Source: Candidatus Altimarinota bacterium
GTDB lineage: Bacteria > Patescibacteriota > Gracilibacteria > UBA4473
NCBI GenBank assembly: GCA_965231215.1
Contig: OZ246423.1
Location: 854,699-918,698 of the forward strand
Direction: 5' to 3'
DNA length: 64,000 bases
Under the pieces are notes generated by a model. It did no database searches. It had not been told where the DNA came from and worked only from the letters and a program-made list of their open reading frames with translations. The translations under genes and the position numbers were made by a program. Positions 1-9,277 of this stretch are shown here, piece by piece (within the stretch, counting starts at the first letter, position 1; each line of letters opens with the position of its first letter).

Positions 1-154
<154 letters not shown>

Positions 155-513
155 GAAGAGGGCCAGTGTACTAAACTGACCACTGATATTGGCATCAGAT
201 AGAACGCGTGACATTAAAATGTTCGCGTTTGTTATCCGAAATGTAGATTTTTGAAGAATCTACGAAACTTATAAATTCAAAAAGAATAAACGTTGATTTG
301 TTTGTTGCGTATAGATTCCCGACTAGAAAATCTATACAGTTGCGTTCGAAATGAAAAAGAACTCCGTCGAATCTTGATCAGCGCTAAAGCTGACTGCGAT
401 TTCGATTGTTAGAAACCTCTAGAGGGCTTCTCATCCTTTGTCCTACACTTTGGAGAACCAGTTGATGAGCCTTGATTGTGAACTAAGTGGTTTAGTTGCC
501 TCAAAGCCGAGCG

Positions 514-542
514 ATCTTATGAATGAAGCAGCGGTCTGTCAA
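514..542 (-). promoter_or_regulatory. Putative sigma70-type promoter of the rRNA operon
   Basis: On the minus strand: TTGACA (537-542), 17 nt spacer, TAAGAT (514-519), about 360 nt upstream of the 16S 5' end. Confidence 0.35.
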
Positions 543-647
543 AACTTTTTTGAGGAAAATTTTCAGAGCCGCTACCACCCTCATCAATAATGTGCCTTAA
601 ATTTATTTGCGTCCATTTTGCAGTCGCCTATCATTTGGGTGTTATCA

Positions 648-970
648 TGCCGAAAGTACGAAGATATCATCTCAAAACAGTGGCCACCCAGACCAAGCAT
701 TTATTACTGCTTTTGCTGGTGAGTCTGGCTTGTGTGCTTTTTGTCCTGCAACTTTTTTTGATGAATCGACTTTCTATGGCGGGGTATGTACTGACTCGGG
801 AAGTAGAACAAAATGCTGAATTAGCATTGGCACACGAGAAATTTGATTCTCAAATTGCTAAAGCGCAGACTCAAGAGTACGTTACAAAAACCTCAAGCAA
901 ACAGCACATGACGGTTAAAGAAAACCAGCAGTTTGTGTATGTGCCGCTTAATTTTACGGCCAAAAGATAG
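648..970 (+). CDS. Small single-pass membrane protein of unknown function (FtsL-like topology)
   Basis: ORF 590-970. The ATG at 648 gives a basic N-terminus MPKVRRYHLK, a hydrophobic helix LLLLLLVSLACVLFVLQLFL and a helical ectodomain. The choice between starts 590 and 648 is unresolved. Confidence 0.5.
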
Positions 971-1036
971 CGCTCCACAAAACAGCAGAATCAATTATGG
1001 GAAAAACATTAATGTATCAAATTTCCATGTTCTTTG

Positions 1037-1047
1037 TGTCACGACAA
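1037..1047 (+). promoter_or_regulatory. 11-nt motif TGTCACGACAA just upstream of the clpC promoter (second copy at 17744-17754)
   Basis: The exact 11-mer is shared with the region upstream of the secreted serine protease gene. It contains the inverted repeat TGTC-AC-GACA. Confidence 0.3.
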
Positions 1048-1057
1048 CTAAACTTCC

Positions 1058-1085
1058 TTGTCTAATAAATACAAAGCTGTACAAT
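1058..1085 (+). promoter_or_regulatory. Putative clpC promoter
   Basis: TTGTCT (1058-1063), 16 nt spacer, TACAAT (1080-1085), 25 nt before the clpC ATG. Confidence 0.4.
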
Positions 1086-1109
1086 CGCTTGAAAACTTAA
1101 TAAATTTTT

Positions 1110-3884
1110 ATGGCTAACTCGCACTTCGATTCCTTTACTCACTTTGCTAAGAATACAATCATATTGGCTCAGGAAGAAATAAAAAAATTAGAAGAATCTC
1201 AGATTCAGACTCAACATTTGTTACTTGGTATTCTCAGACAACCCAAATCACTTGGCGGCTCTATCCTCAGGAACTTTGGAGTGAATTATGAGAATGCTTT
1301 TAGGCTAGCTGAAGAATTAAAAAATCCCATTACCGATGAAGTAGACGAAGAGACAGAAGCCGAAAACATTCTTTCTACCTTTGGGCAAAGAGCTATTGAG
1401 TTAGCGGCGCAAACGGCTTTAGATTTCGGTCACTCAATGGTGGATTCAGAACACATTCTCTATGCACTACTCAAACAGCCAAACTCAGGAGCCAATCATA
1501 TTTTAGAAGCACTTATGGTGCGTCCAAGCCACCTCATTGAGTATCTGGAAAACTTATTCCGACAATCAAATCAGCAAAAACGATCCGAAGAGGGTAAAGC
1601 AGAAGAAAATGCAGCACAAAATAGCCAAATGCCAGCCCCAAGTAATGAACAAATTGACAATTTTCTTAACGGACTTCAAGGGGTGCTGGCTGGACTCTTT
1701 ATTGAAAGAAATGGGGCCAATGGTCAAATGCCAGGGGCTGGAGGGGGTAACCTAATGGGACAAGATCGAGACGAAATGATGGGCGAAGAGGTAGGAGAAG
1801 ACGGATCTTCACGCAAGAAAAAACTCGCGCTGGATTACTTTTGTACAGATTTCACGGAAATGGCGTTCAATGGAAAATTAGAACGCATTATCGGACGACA
1901 AAAACAAATTAACCGAATGGTTCAGATTTTGTGCCGAAAAACCAAAAATAACCCAGTACTTTTGGGAGATCCAGGAGTAGGGAAAACCGCGATTGTAGAA
2001 GGTCTGGCTCAACGAGTAGCGGAAGGGAAAGTGCCAGATAGTCTTTTGGATAAAAGAATCCTCTCCCTTTCTATGGCCAATCTGGTGGCGGGAACCAAAT
2101 ATCGAGGAGAATTTGAAGAACGACTTAAACGTATCATTGAAGAAGCCTCGGACAGCGAAAATGAAATCGTACTTTTTATTGATGAACTTCATACCATTAT
2201 TGGTGCTGGAAGTGCTGAGGGCACTCTAGATGCTGCCAATATTCTTAAACCAGCCCTTTCACGAGGTCTTATCCAAGTAGTAGGAGCCACAACGTATGAA
2301 GAATACCAAAAATATATTGAAAAAGATGCCGCGCTTACCAGACGGTTCCAAGGGGTTGAGGTTCCAGAACCGACTCAGGATGAAGCGCTAGAAATTCTCC
2401 AAGGGGTTCGACCACACTACGAAAAATACCACAGTGTAGAAATTTCTGACGAAGCCTTAGAGATGGCCGTAAAACTATCAACCAGATATATTACAGACCG
2501 GTTTTTGCCAGACAAGGCTTTTGATGTGCTGGATGAAGCCTGCGCGTCAAAATCAATCATGAATAGAAAGCATGGGAAAGACATTCGTGACCTGCGTAAA
2601 AAAATATCTGATATTCAGAAAAAGAAAGAAAATGCCGTAGTGAATCAGAATTATCAAAAAGCCAATGACCTGCATCAAGAGCAACAAAATCTAGAAGCTG
2701 GAATTTTGAAACTCAAACAACAAAAAGTAGATCCACAGAAAGTACAAACTGTAGACAAAGAAACCATTGCCAAAATTATCCACCAAAGCACTGGTATTCC
2801 CACTTCAGCTTTGATTAGCTCAGAGTTGAAATCATTACAAGATTTAGAATCGACACTGCAAAAAAATATTATCGGACAAGACGAAGCTATTGACGAGATT
2901 TCAAAAGCTATCAGACGATCCAGAGTCGGACTTAACAACCCCAAGAGACCCTTAGGGGCCTTTATGTTTCTGGGGCCTACAGGCGTAGGGAAAACAGAGC
3001 TGGTAAAACAACTTGCGAAGGAAGTGTATCATGACGAAAAAGCGCTGATTAAAATTGATATGTCAGAGTTTTCTTCTGGCCACACATCTTCTCGATTAGT
3101 TGGAGCCACCGCCGGATATGTAGGGCATGAAGAAGGCGGTGATCTTACCGAAAAAGTACGCAAAAAGCCCTACTCTATTGTACTTTTTGATGAAATTGAA
3201 AAAGCACACAAAGAAGTCCATAATATGCTTTTGCAGATTTTGGATGAAGGTATTTTGACGGATGGAAAAGGGCGAAAAGTTAATTTCAAAAACACCATCC
3301 TCATTATGACCTCTAATATAGGAGCTCAAAAATTCCAGCGTGAAGCCAATAGTATTGGATTTGCTGAATCAGAAAAAGATCTAGCCGAACATGATCATGA
3401 GTTTGATGTTATAAAAGAAGAAGTCACCAAAGAACTTAAAAAACAATTTGCTCCAGAATTCTTAAACCGGCTGGATGGAACACTCGTATTTCGCCCCCTC
3501 AACCGAAACCATATTAAAGGGATTATTAAACTCCATGTTGAAGAATTCCAATCTCGACTCGCGGAAAAAGAGATCGTCATTAAAGTAGGAGGCTCTACCC
3601 TGAATGCCCTGGCTAAAGCCTCATACAAACCAGAATTTGGAGCTCGTGAAATTCGTCGAGTACTTCAGGAAAAACTTGAAAATCCACTCGTTGAAGCCCT
3701 TGTTTCTGGTGATATACATGAAAATATGACCTATCATGTAGGCTATGATGGCAAAATAGAAAAGTGTACTTTTACGCCTGAAATAAAAAAAGTTTCTAAA
3801 CCCAAGGCCCAAAAAAAAGGGGTAAAAAAAGCAGCCCCCAAAACTAAAAAGACCGCTATAAAAGCCAAGAAAAAGACTCCTTAA
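1110..3884 (+). CDS. clpC: ClpC-type AAA+ chaperone ATPase (two AAA modules)
   Basis: 924 aa. It has Clp_N repeats (HLLLGILRQ, HILYALLKQ), Walker A GDPGVGKT and GPTGVGKT, a short coiled-coil middle domain and an IGF tripeptide (NSIGFAE) in D2. The C-terminal tail is Lys-rich. Confidence 0.9.
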   Translation: MANSHFDSFTHFAKNTIILAQEEIKKLEESQIQTQHLLLGILRQPKSLGGSILRNFGVNYENAFRLAEELKNPITDEVDEETEAENILSTFGQRAIELAAQTALDFGHSMVDSEHILYALLKQPNSGANHILEALMVRPSHLIEYLENLFRQSNQQKRSEEGKAEENAAQNSQMPAPSNEQIDNFLNGLQGVLAGLFIERNGANGQMPGAGGGNLMGQDRDEMMGEEVGEDGSSRKKKLALDYFCTDFTEMAFNGKLERIIGRQKQINRMVQILCRKTKNNPVLLGDPGVGKTAIVEGLAQRVAEGKVPDSLLDKRILSLSMANLVAGTKYRGEFEERLKRIIEEASDSENEIVLFIDELHTIIGAGSAEGTLDAANILKPALSRGLIQVVGATTYEEYQKYIEKDAALTRRFQGVEVPEPTQDEALEILQGVRPHYEKYHSVEISDEALEMAVKLSTRYITDRFLPDKAFDVLDEACASKSIMNRKHGKDIRDLRKKISDIQKKKENAVVNQNYQKANDLHQEQQNLEAGILKLKQQKVDPQKVQTVDKETIAKIIHQSTGIPTSALISSELKSLQDLESTLQKNIIGQDEAIDEISKAIRRSRVGLNNPKRPLGAFMFLGPTGVGKTELVKQLAKEVYHDEKALIKIDMSEFSSGHTSSRLVGATAGYVGHEEGGDLTEKVRKKPYSIVLFDEIEKAHKEVHNMLLQILDEGILTDGKGRKVNFKNTILIMTSNIGAQKFQREANSIGFAESEKDLAEHDHEFDVIKEEVTKELKKQFAPEFLNRLDGTLVFRPLNRNHIKGIIKLHVEEFQSRLAEKEIVIKVGGSTLNALAKASYKPEFGAREIRRVLQEKLENPLVEALVSGDIHENMTYHVGYDGKIEKCTFTPEIKKVSKPKAQKKGVKKAAPKTKKTAIKAKKKTP

Positions 3885-3885
3885 T

Positions 3886-4788
3886 TCACTTTTTTTGCAC
3901 TTGTCTTCTTTTTTGAGAAAGAGAGGCCAGAACATTGTCTCTTTCAGAGATAGCTTTCCTGAATAGTCCGGTTACCTTAGGCTTAGACTCGTCTACTAGG
4001 AATTCATAAATTTCTATAAGTGTTATTAGCTCTGCGTCGTTTAGCTTGTTTAGTACGAATTTAAGATTGTCTAAAGCTGATCGGGAATTTCTAATTTGGC
4101 TTAGGCTTAAGCAGAAAAGCTGTAGAAGTTCATACTTGTTTTCTGAAAAGGACGCTCCTTTGTTAAGCGGTTCAAAATCTTCACTAGAGGTAGTTTGAAT
4201 AGTTTTTCTAACCACATCATCCATTTCATCTACAACCTTATTTTGTGTTGATAATATGAGAGACTGTATAGTTAAAGCTATATTTCGTAATTCGTTATTA
4301 TCTTCTGACTCCTGAATTATTTCAACCCACTTATCACCTTGTTCTGCATGCAGGATTTCTGCCTCAAAGACTTTGCCAGGCTCTGGAGCAAATATTTCCT
4401 CAAATATTTCCTCAAAGTCCCCCAAGGGGGCCTGAATGGCTTTGAGGAATTCATCTTTGAGTTTAGCAAGAAGTTTTGTGAGTTTTTTCTGATTAGGATC
4501 TTGTGTGATTACACAATTATAAATATTAAGAAGCCGCTGCTGGTCAAAAAGATCTAAAGCCTTAAAGATTTCTATGAAATTAGATAGGTAATATTCGTAG
4601 CTTTCCCTGCCTGCAGCTGCTAAAAATATTTGATCTTCTTGTGGGTTGTTTAGATCATCAATAGCAGAAATAGCAGATTTAATCTCTTTGGCTAGATTCT
4701 CAATAGTTTCGCCTGATTTCATACGATCGAACCACTGATCAAATCGATCAAGGCCTTCTTCGTATGCTGCTTCTGATATTTCGCACAT
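3886..4788 (-). CDS. Hypothetical acidic helical protein
   Basis: 300-aa ORF with no TM helix and no recognisable motif. Its TGA stop lies 1 nt from the clpC stop (convergent genes). Confidence 0.6.
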   Translation of the reverse strand: MCEISEAAYEEGLDRFDQWFDRMKSGETIENLAKEIKSAISAIDDLNNPQEDQIFLAAAGRESYEYYLSNFIEIFKALDLFDQQRLLNIYNCVITQDPNQKKLTKLLAKLKDEFLKAIQAPLGDFEEIFEEIFAPEPGKVFEAEILHAEQGDKWVEIIQESEDNNELRNIALTIQSLILSTQNKVVDEMDDVVRKTIQTTSSEDFEPLNKGASFSENKYELLQLFCLSLSQIRNSRSALDNLKFVLNKLNDAELITLIEIYEFLVDESKPKVTGLFRKAISERDNVLASLSQKRRQVQKK

Positions 4789-4870
4789 CAGAAGTTATAC
4801 TATAAAATTTTTTCTTAAATTGCAAAGATATCGTTTTATTTTCCGCTTTGAGTATGATAGAATAAACAGA

Positions 4871-7324
4871 ATGGATATAGGTTTTTGGCTGAAGGTAATG
4901 GTAACTGGCGTAATCGTTGGAGGAGCCGTTATTTTTTGGCTTTGGTATGTTCGCCGGCAGCATGATGTGGCGCGAACTTTGGATTTTGTATTTTTACGTG
5001 TTTTGATTCCCAAGAAAGATTCAAAAGACGATTTTGAAAAAGAGCGAGACCAAACCAATGAAATCCGAAAAGTAATTGGAATTGGAGAACATTTTTTTTC
5101 AGCTTTGCACGGAGTTTATAGCTCAGACTGGGATAGAGCCTGGAAAAACCAGGATTTTATGTCTCTGGAATATATTGCTACAGACGGACAGATTGAATTT
5201 GTTATGGGATGTCCGCGTGATATTAAAGATTTGGTAGAAAAACAAATTACCTCTTTTTATCCAGAAGCCCTTGTGGAAGAAGGAGAAATGCCCTCGCTGT
5301 TTCAGGAAAAAACCAAACAAGCGACCGGATATCTGGTTGCCGCCGGAAAATATTTTTACCCGATGAAGACTTATACCCGGTTTGAATCAGCTGACCCCAT
5401 GAACAATGTATTAAATGCGTTGTCTCAAGCCTCAGATGAACATGGGAATGCCGCTGCAATTCAATTTATGATTCGCCCAGCTAAGGATAAGTGGCAGCAA
5501 AAAACTCGAGATAAATCCAAAGAACTTGGAAGTGGAAAAAAAAGTATTTCTTGGTGGAATCCAATTTCTATTTTGGGGGGATTATTCCAGGTGATTATTG
5601 GTCGAAATGAGGAAAATAACAGTAATAATGATGAAGGAAAGGAAACCAATGAATCTCAAGAACTCACTAAAGCCATGGATGAAAAAGCTGAAAAAAGTGG
5701 GTTTGAAACCATTATTCGGTGTGTGACATCGTCGCCTGATCAACGCCAGGCAGAGGTGAATTTGGCCAATGTTTTAAACGCCTTTACCCAATTTGGAACC
5801 CCCACTATGAATGGGTTTAAAAAGAAAAAATACCATTCAAAAAATGCCCTTATTCAGAACTTTGTATGGCGAGCCTTTAAACGTTCTTGGCACGTTCAGA
5901 ATAAGATGATTCTTTCGACAGAGGAACTGGCTAGTATGTATCACTTTCCGCATATTAAGTTCAACAATATTCCATCAGTAAAATGGCAAAATTATAAAAT
6001 TGTTCAGGCGCCAGCCAATATTCCCAAAGAAGGCTTGTTGTTGGGACATAATTTGTACCGTGGTAAGAACACGCCCATTTATATGAAACGGGATGATCGG
6101 TTCCGTCATTTCTACGTGATTGGACAAACCGGTACCGGGAAATCCTCCATTTTTCAGACAATGATTCGTCAGGATATGGCCAATGGTGATGGACTGTGTG
6201 TGGTAGATCCGCATGGGAGCTTGGTAGAAGATCTTTTACCTTTTGTACCAAAAGATCGAGTGGATGATGTTATTATCTTTGATCCCTCAGACCTAGAGCG
6301 TCCTATGGGACTTAATCTACTAGAAGCCGATACAGAAGAAGAACGAGATATGGTAGCACTAGATGCCATGAATATGATGATTAAACTCTTTGACGAAGAG
6401 GTGTTTGGTCCTCGTATTCAGGATTATTTCCGGAATGGAGTCTTGACCCTTATGGCCGATCCAGCAGGGGGGGCCATCACCGACATCATGCGTATTTTTA
6501 CCGATGATGCGTTTCAGCGTTCAAAAGTGAAACACCTTAAAAACCCAGTCGTGAAAAGTTTCTGGACCAACCAAATGGCCAAAACTGGAGCCCGAGAGAA
6601 ACAAGAAATTATTCCCTACTTTGCGGCTAAGTTTGGTCAATTCTATACCAATGGAATGATCCGAAATATTATTGGGCAGACTAAATCTTCCTTTGATTTC
6701 GCGGATGTAATGGATAATAAAAAGATCCTCTTTATGAATCTTTCTAAAGGAATGACTGGAGATTTCAACTCCAAGCTGTTGGGGCTTATCATTGTGTCTA
6801 AAATTCAGACAGCAGCACTGCGAAGGCAAAAACAAGAAAAAGGTGCCAGAACCGATTTTTTCCTCTACATCGATGAATTTCAGAACTATGTCACCGACTC
6901 TATTGAATCTATTTTATCTGAAGCTCGTAAATACCGTCTGGGGCTAAATGTAGCCCATCAGTACATGTCACAGATTGACACCTCTGGACAAAAGAAAGGT
7001 GTAAACCTAAAAGATGCCATCCTGGGAAATGTGGGCACCATGATGTGTTATAAAATTGGAGCTCAAGATGCTGAAATTATGGGCAAAGAAATGGCTCCGG
7101 CCTTTACCGACCAAGACTTGATTAACGTAGATAAATATAAAGCCGTGATGAAACTCTCTGTTGATACGCAGCCATCGCAGCCATTCTCTATTACGCCGTG
7201 TAATCCGTATATAGAAAAAGGAGACCCAAAAATGGGAACAGCCCTTAAACAAATCTCTCGCCTCACTTATGGGCGGAGTAAAAAGTTCGTAGAAAAAGAG
7301 ATATTTGCTCGATTAGATGTTTAA
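4871..7324 (+). CDS. Membrane-anchored VirD4/TraD/TraG-like (type IV coupling protein-like) P-loop ATPase
   Basis: N-terminal TM helix IGFWLKVMVTGVIVGGAVIFWLWYV, Walker A VIGQTGTGKS, VVDPHG and IIFDPSD segments, Walker B-like DFFLYIDEFQ. The ORF track begins at 4820; the ATG at 4871 is preferred. Confidence 0.6.
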   Translation: MDIGFWLKVMVTGVIVGGAVIFWLWYVRRQHDVARTLDFVFLRVLIPKKDSKDDFEKERDQTNEIRKVIGIGEHFFSALHGVYSSDWDRAWKNQDFMSLEYIATDGQIEFVMGCPRDIKDLVEKQITSFYPEALVEEGEMPSLFQEKTKQATGYLVAAGKYFYPMKTYTRFESADPMNNVLNALSQASDEHGNAAAIQFMIRPAKDKWQQKTRDKSKELGSGKKSISWWNPISILGGLFQVIIGRNEENNSNNDEGKETNESQELTKAMDEKAEKSGFETIIRCVTSSPDQRQAEVNLANVLNAFTQFGTPTMNGFKKKKYHSKNALIQNFVWRAFKRSWHVQNKMILSTEELASMYHFPHIKFNNIPSVKWQNYKIVQAPANIPKEGLLLGHNLYRGKNTPIYMKRDDRFRHFYVIGQTGTGKSSIFQTMIRQDMANGDGLCVVDPHGSLVEDLLPFVPKDRVDDVIIFDPSDLERPMGLNLLEADTEEERDMVALDAMNMMIKLFDEEVFGPRIQDYFRNGVLTLMADPAGGAITDIMRIFTDDAFQRSKVKHLKNPVVKSFWTNQMAKTGAREKQEIIPYFAAKFGQFYTNGMIRNIIGQTKSSFDFADVMDNKKILFMNLSKGMTGDFNSKLLGLIIVSKIQTAALRRQKQEKGARTDFFLYIDEFQNYVTDSIESILSEARKYRLGLNVAHQYMSQIDTSGQKKGVNLKDAILGNVGTMMCYKIGAQDAEIMGKEMAPAFTDQDLINVDKYKAVMKLSVDTQPSQPFSITPCNPYIEKGDPKMGTALKQISRLTYGRSKKFVEKEIFARLDV

Positions 7325-7643
7325 TCAATGGCCCATCATTGTTTTTTCACCAGAGCTTGACCTATTGTACTTAGGAGTTCTGGTTAATAGTTTGATGTAT
7401 TTAGTGGTCTATCCTATGTGGGCCAAAAGTGACTGGAATCGTTTAGTTATAGGGGACACCATTGCTGGGCTTGGAGTTTTGACAGTAGTATTGGTTAATT
7501 ACTGGGGCAGTGAAATTAATATCCAAGTATTTGGAAATATATTCTTGAGTTGGTGGGTGTATTTTATTCTGATCTATTTTGTACTAGATAGTGTTTTCTT
7601 TGGTGTGTATTGGTGGCAGTTTCTAAAAATTGATAAAAAGTAA
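7317..7643 (+). CDS. Small polytopic membrane protein of unknown function
   Basis: 108 aa with about 3 hydrophobic helices. Its ATG overlaps the end of the upstream ATPase gene by 8 nt, suggesting translational coupling. Confidence 0.55.
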   Translation: MFNQWPIIVFSPELDLLYLGVLVNSLMYLVVYPMWAKSDWNRLVIGDTIAGLGVLTVVLVNYWGSEINIQVFGNIFLSWWVYFILIYFVLDSVFFGVYWWQFLKIDKK

Positions 7644-7664
7644 AAAAAGTGTTATTATTATGAA

Positions 7665-8174
7665 ATGGGTTTAAATAAACTAACTTCATTTCCAGAAACA
7701 ATTAAGTTAGGTGAAGAAGTCTTATTTTTGGAATTCTCTCCAATCCTTGGTAAAATTGAGTCGGATGTGAAGGACTTTGTGGCTGAGTACTATATTAAGC
7801 CCGTAGGTCTTAGTGAAACTCGAATTAAGCAACTTGATAAAGCATTATGTTTAGAAGACCTGCTTATTGTTAGAAACCAAGAAAGGGAAATTGTTGGTTG
7901 TTTGGCTTCAGAGATTGAAGATAATGAACTTGGTTTAGTTGCTGTATGCCCAAAATATCAAAGGCGTGGGCTAGCCTTGCAGATGGGTGAGCTTGTTGTA
8001 AGTGAAATGTTAAAGCAAGCTAATGATGAATCAATTGAGATTTCAACTAGAGTGCAAACTGAAGCAGGAATGAAGCTGGTTGAGGAATTACAAAACAAAA
8101 CTCCTGCTTCAGTTTCTATAGTTATTACTGAAGACCTGAGAGCTTTCTATCGAGAAAGAAAGAAAAAAAATTGA
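7665..8174 (+). CDS. GNAT-family N-acetyltransferase
   Basis: 169 aa. The segment VAVCPKYQRRGLALQMG matches the GNAT acetyl-CoA binding motif (Q/R-x-x-G-x-G/A). Confidence 0.7.
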   Translation: MGLNKLTSFPETIKLGEEVLFLEFSPILGKIESDVKDFVAEYYIKPVGLSETRIKQLDKALCLEDLLIVRNQEREIVGCLASEIEDNELGLVAVCPKYQRRGLALQMGELVVSEMLKQANDESIEISTRVQTEAGMKLVEELQNKTPASVSIVITEDLRAFYRERKKKN

Positions 8175-8257
8175 GTCGCTCAAAAAGACCGTTTTGAAAT
8201 AAATGATTCGCCATGGTTCACAGGAATTTATTTTATATGGATATTTTCTCTCCTTAA

Positions 8258-9226
8258 CTACTTATTCCATGGCATTCTTTCCATCAAATGGGTGAAAAGC
8301 ATTTTGCCCGTTACTCCAATGAAGAGCAGCATAATCGCAATCGCAAAGATGATGATTTTTCCAATAAAAATACTTCCCGGAAGAGCCATTCCAATAATTA
8401 GAAAAAGCCCAAGGACAATATAAATTTGTCTTTGAGGGCCAGCATCAACAAATCCTTTTTTACTATTGCCGAGTTTGTGTTTGGTTTTGTTCCAAAATCC
8501 TTTTGGCTTTTCTTCCTTTTGGGTTGCCTGATCAGTTTCACTTTTAGGTTCGGTTTCTTCAGTTTTAGGTGCTGGCTTTGGTTCGGTTTCTTTTTTGGGT
8601 TCTTCTGCAGGCTTTTCGGTTGTTTTTTCTGCCTCTTGGTCGTTTGCTTCTGGTTGAGGTTCTTCTTTCTTTACTTCGTTTTGGGTTTCATTACTTTCTG
8701 TGTTTTCTGTCTTTTGCTCTTCTTGAGGGGCTTCTGGTTTAGAGTCTTCCCCGGTTTTGGCTTCGCTTTCTTCTTTTTTGGCAAAAGGGTTAATTTTGTT
8801 AAGGCCTCCACTTACGGCTCCAAAGGCATTTGAGGCTCCTTCTTTTACCTCACCTCCAGGATTATTGGCTTGAAGTGGTTCATTCCCAACAACGAGAGAC
8901 TTTTGGGCATGACTCCAGGCTTCGATCCCTCCAGCGAGAATAAGGATAGATTTTTCTTTTTCAGTTCCATGAATGATATCTACGGCTTTTTCAACGCTTA
9001 CTCCTTGGTTATGTGAGGCCAAAATAACCGTTTTTCCCTCAAAAGCGATTAAGTTATCTTTAAGGTCATCAAGTGGACAGTTTTTAAACCCCTTAATATG
9101 ACCTTGTTCAAACTCCTGTAGGCTCCGGATATCTACAAACAGATCATCAGAGGCAGCATTGTTGATTCGGTTTTCTAAGGCAGAAATTTCAATTTCTTCG
9201 GAAACGATTTGGATGTCATCAGCCAT
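8258..9226 (-). CDS. Rhodanese-homology domain protein with a long Glu/Lys/Pro-rich linker and a C-terminal two-helix membrane anchor (YgaP-like architecture)
   Basis: N-terminal rhodanese fold (FVDIRSLQEFEQGHIKG ... VILASHNQGVS), about 100 aa of low complexity, then hydrophobic helices IYIVLGLFLIIGMAL and IIIFAIAIMLLFIGV. The active-site loop has no Cys. Confidence 0.65.
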   Translation of the reverse strand: MADDIQIVSEEIEISALENRINNAASDDLFVDIRSLQEFEQGHIKGFKNCPLDDLKDNLIAFEGKTVILASHNQGVSVEKAVDIIHGTEKEKSILILAGGIEAWSHAQKSLVVGNEPLQANNPGGEVKEGASNAFGAVSGGLNKINPFAKKEESEAKTGEDSKPEAPQEEQKTENTESNETQNEVKKEEPQPEANDQEAEKTTEKPAEEPKKETEPKPAPKTEETEPKSETDQATQKEEKPKGFWNKTKHKLGNSKKGFVDAGPQRQIYIVLGLFLIIGMALPGSIFIGKIIIFAIAIMLLFIGVTGKMLFTHLMERMPWNK

Positions 9227-9277
9227 TTTAAGGGCAATTGTTTACAAAATGTATCTAATCATTATATCACATGAGGT

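Noticed and set aside
155-590. A possible tRNA or small RNA in the 16S upstream region. It contains short hairpins such as GTAGATT...AATCTAC at about 243-264 and GTATAGATT...AATCTATAC at about 310-338.
   Set aside because: No T-loop (GTTCRANNC) or cloverleaf is recognisable. The region is most simply the rRNA leader, with processing or antitermination stems. No tRNA-like sequence was seen in the other intergenic regions I scanned by eye.
590-647. Upstream starts proposed by the ORF track: 590, 4820, 10297 (GTG), 19901, 24398 (TTG), 25249 (TTG), 29450, 34072, 35103 (TTG) and 49318.
   Set aside because: Downstream ATGs give better agreement with conserved protein N-termini, with neighbouring stop codons (4-nt gaps or ATGA overlaps) or with predicted promoters. 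For 590 versus 648 the choice remains uncertain.
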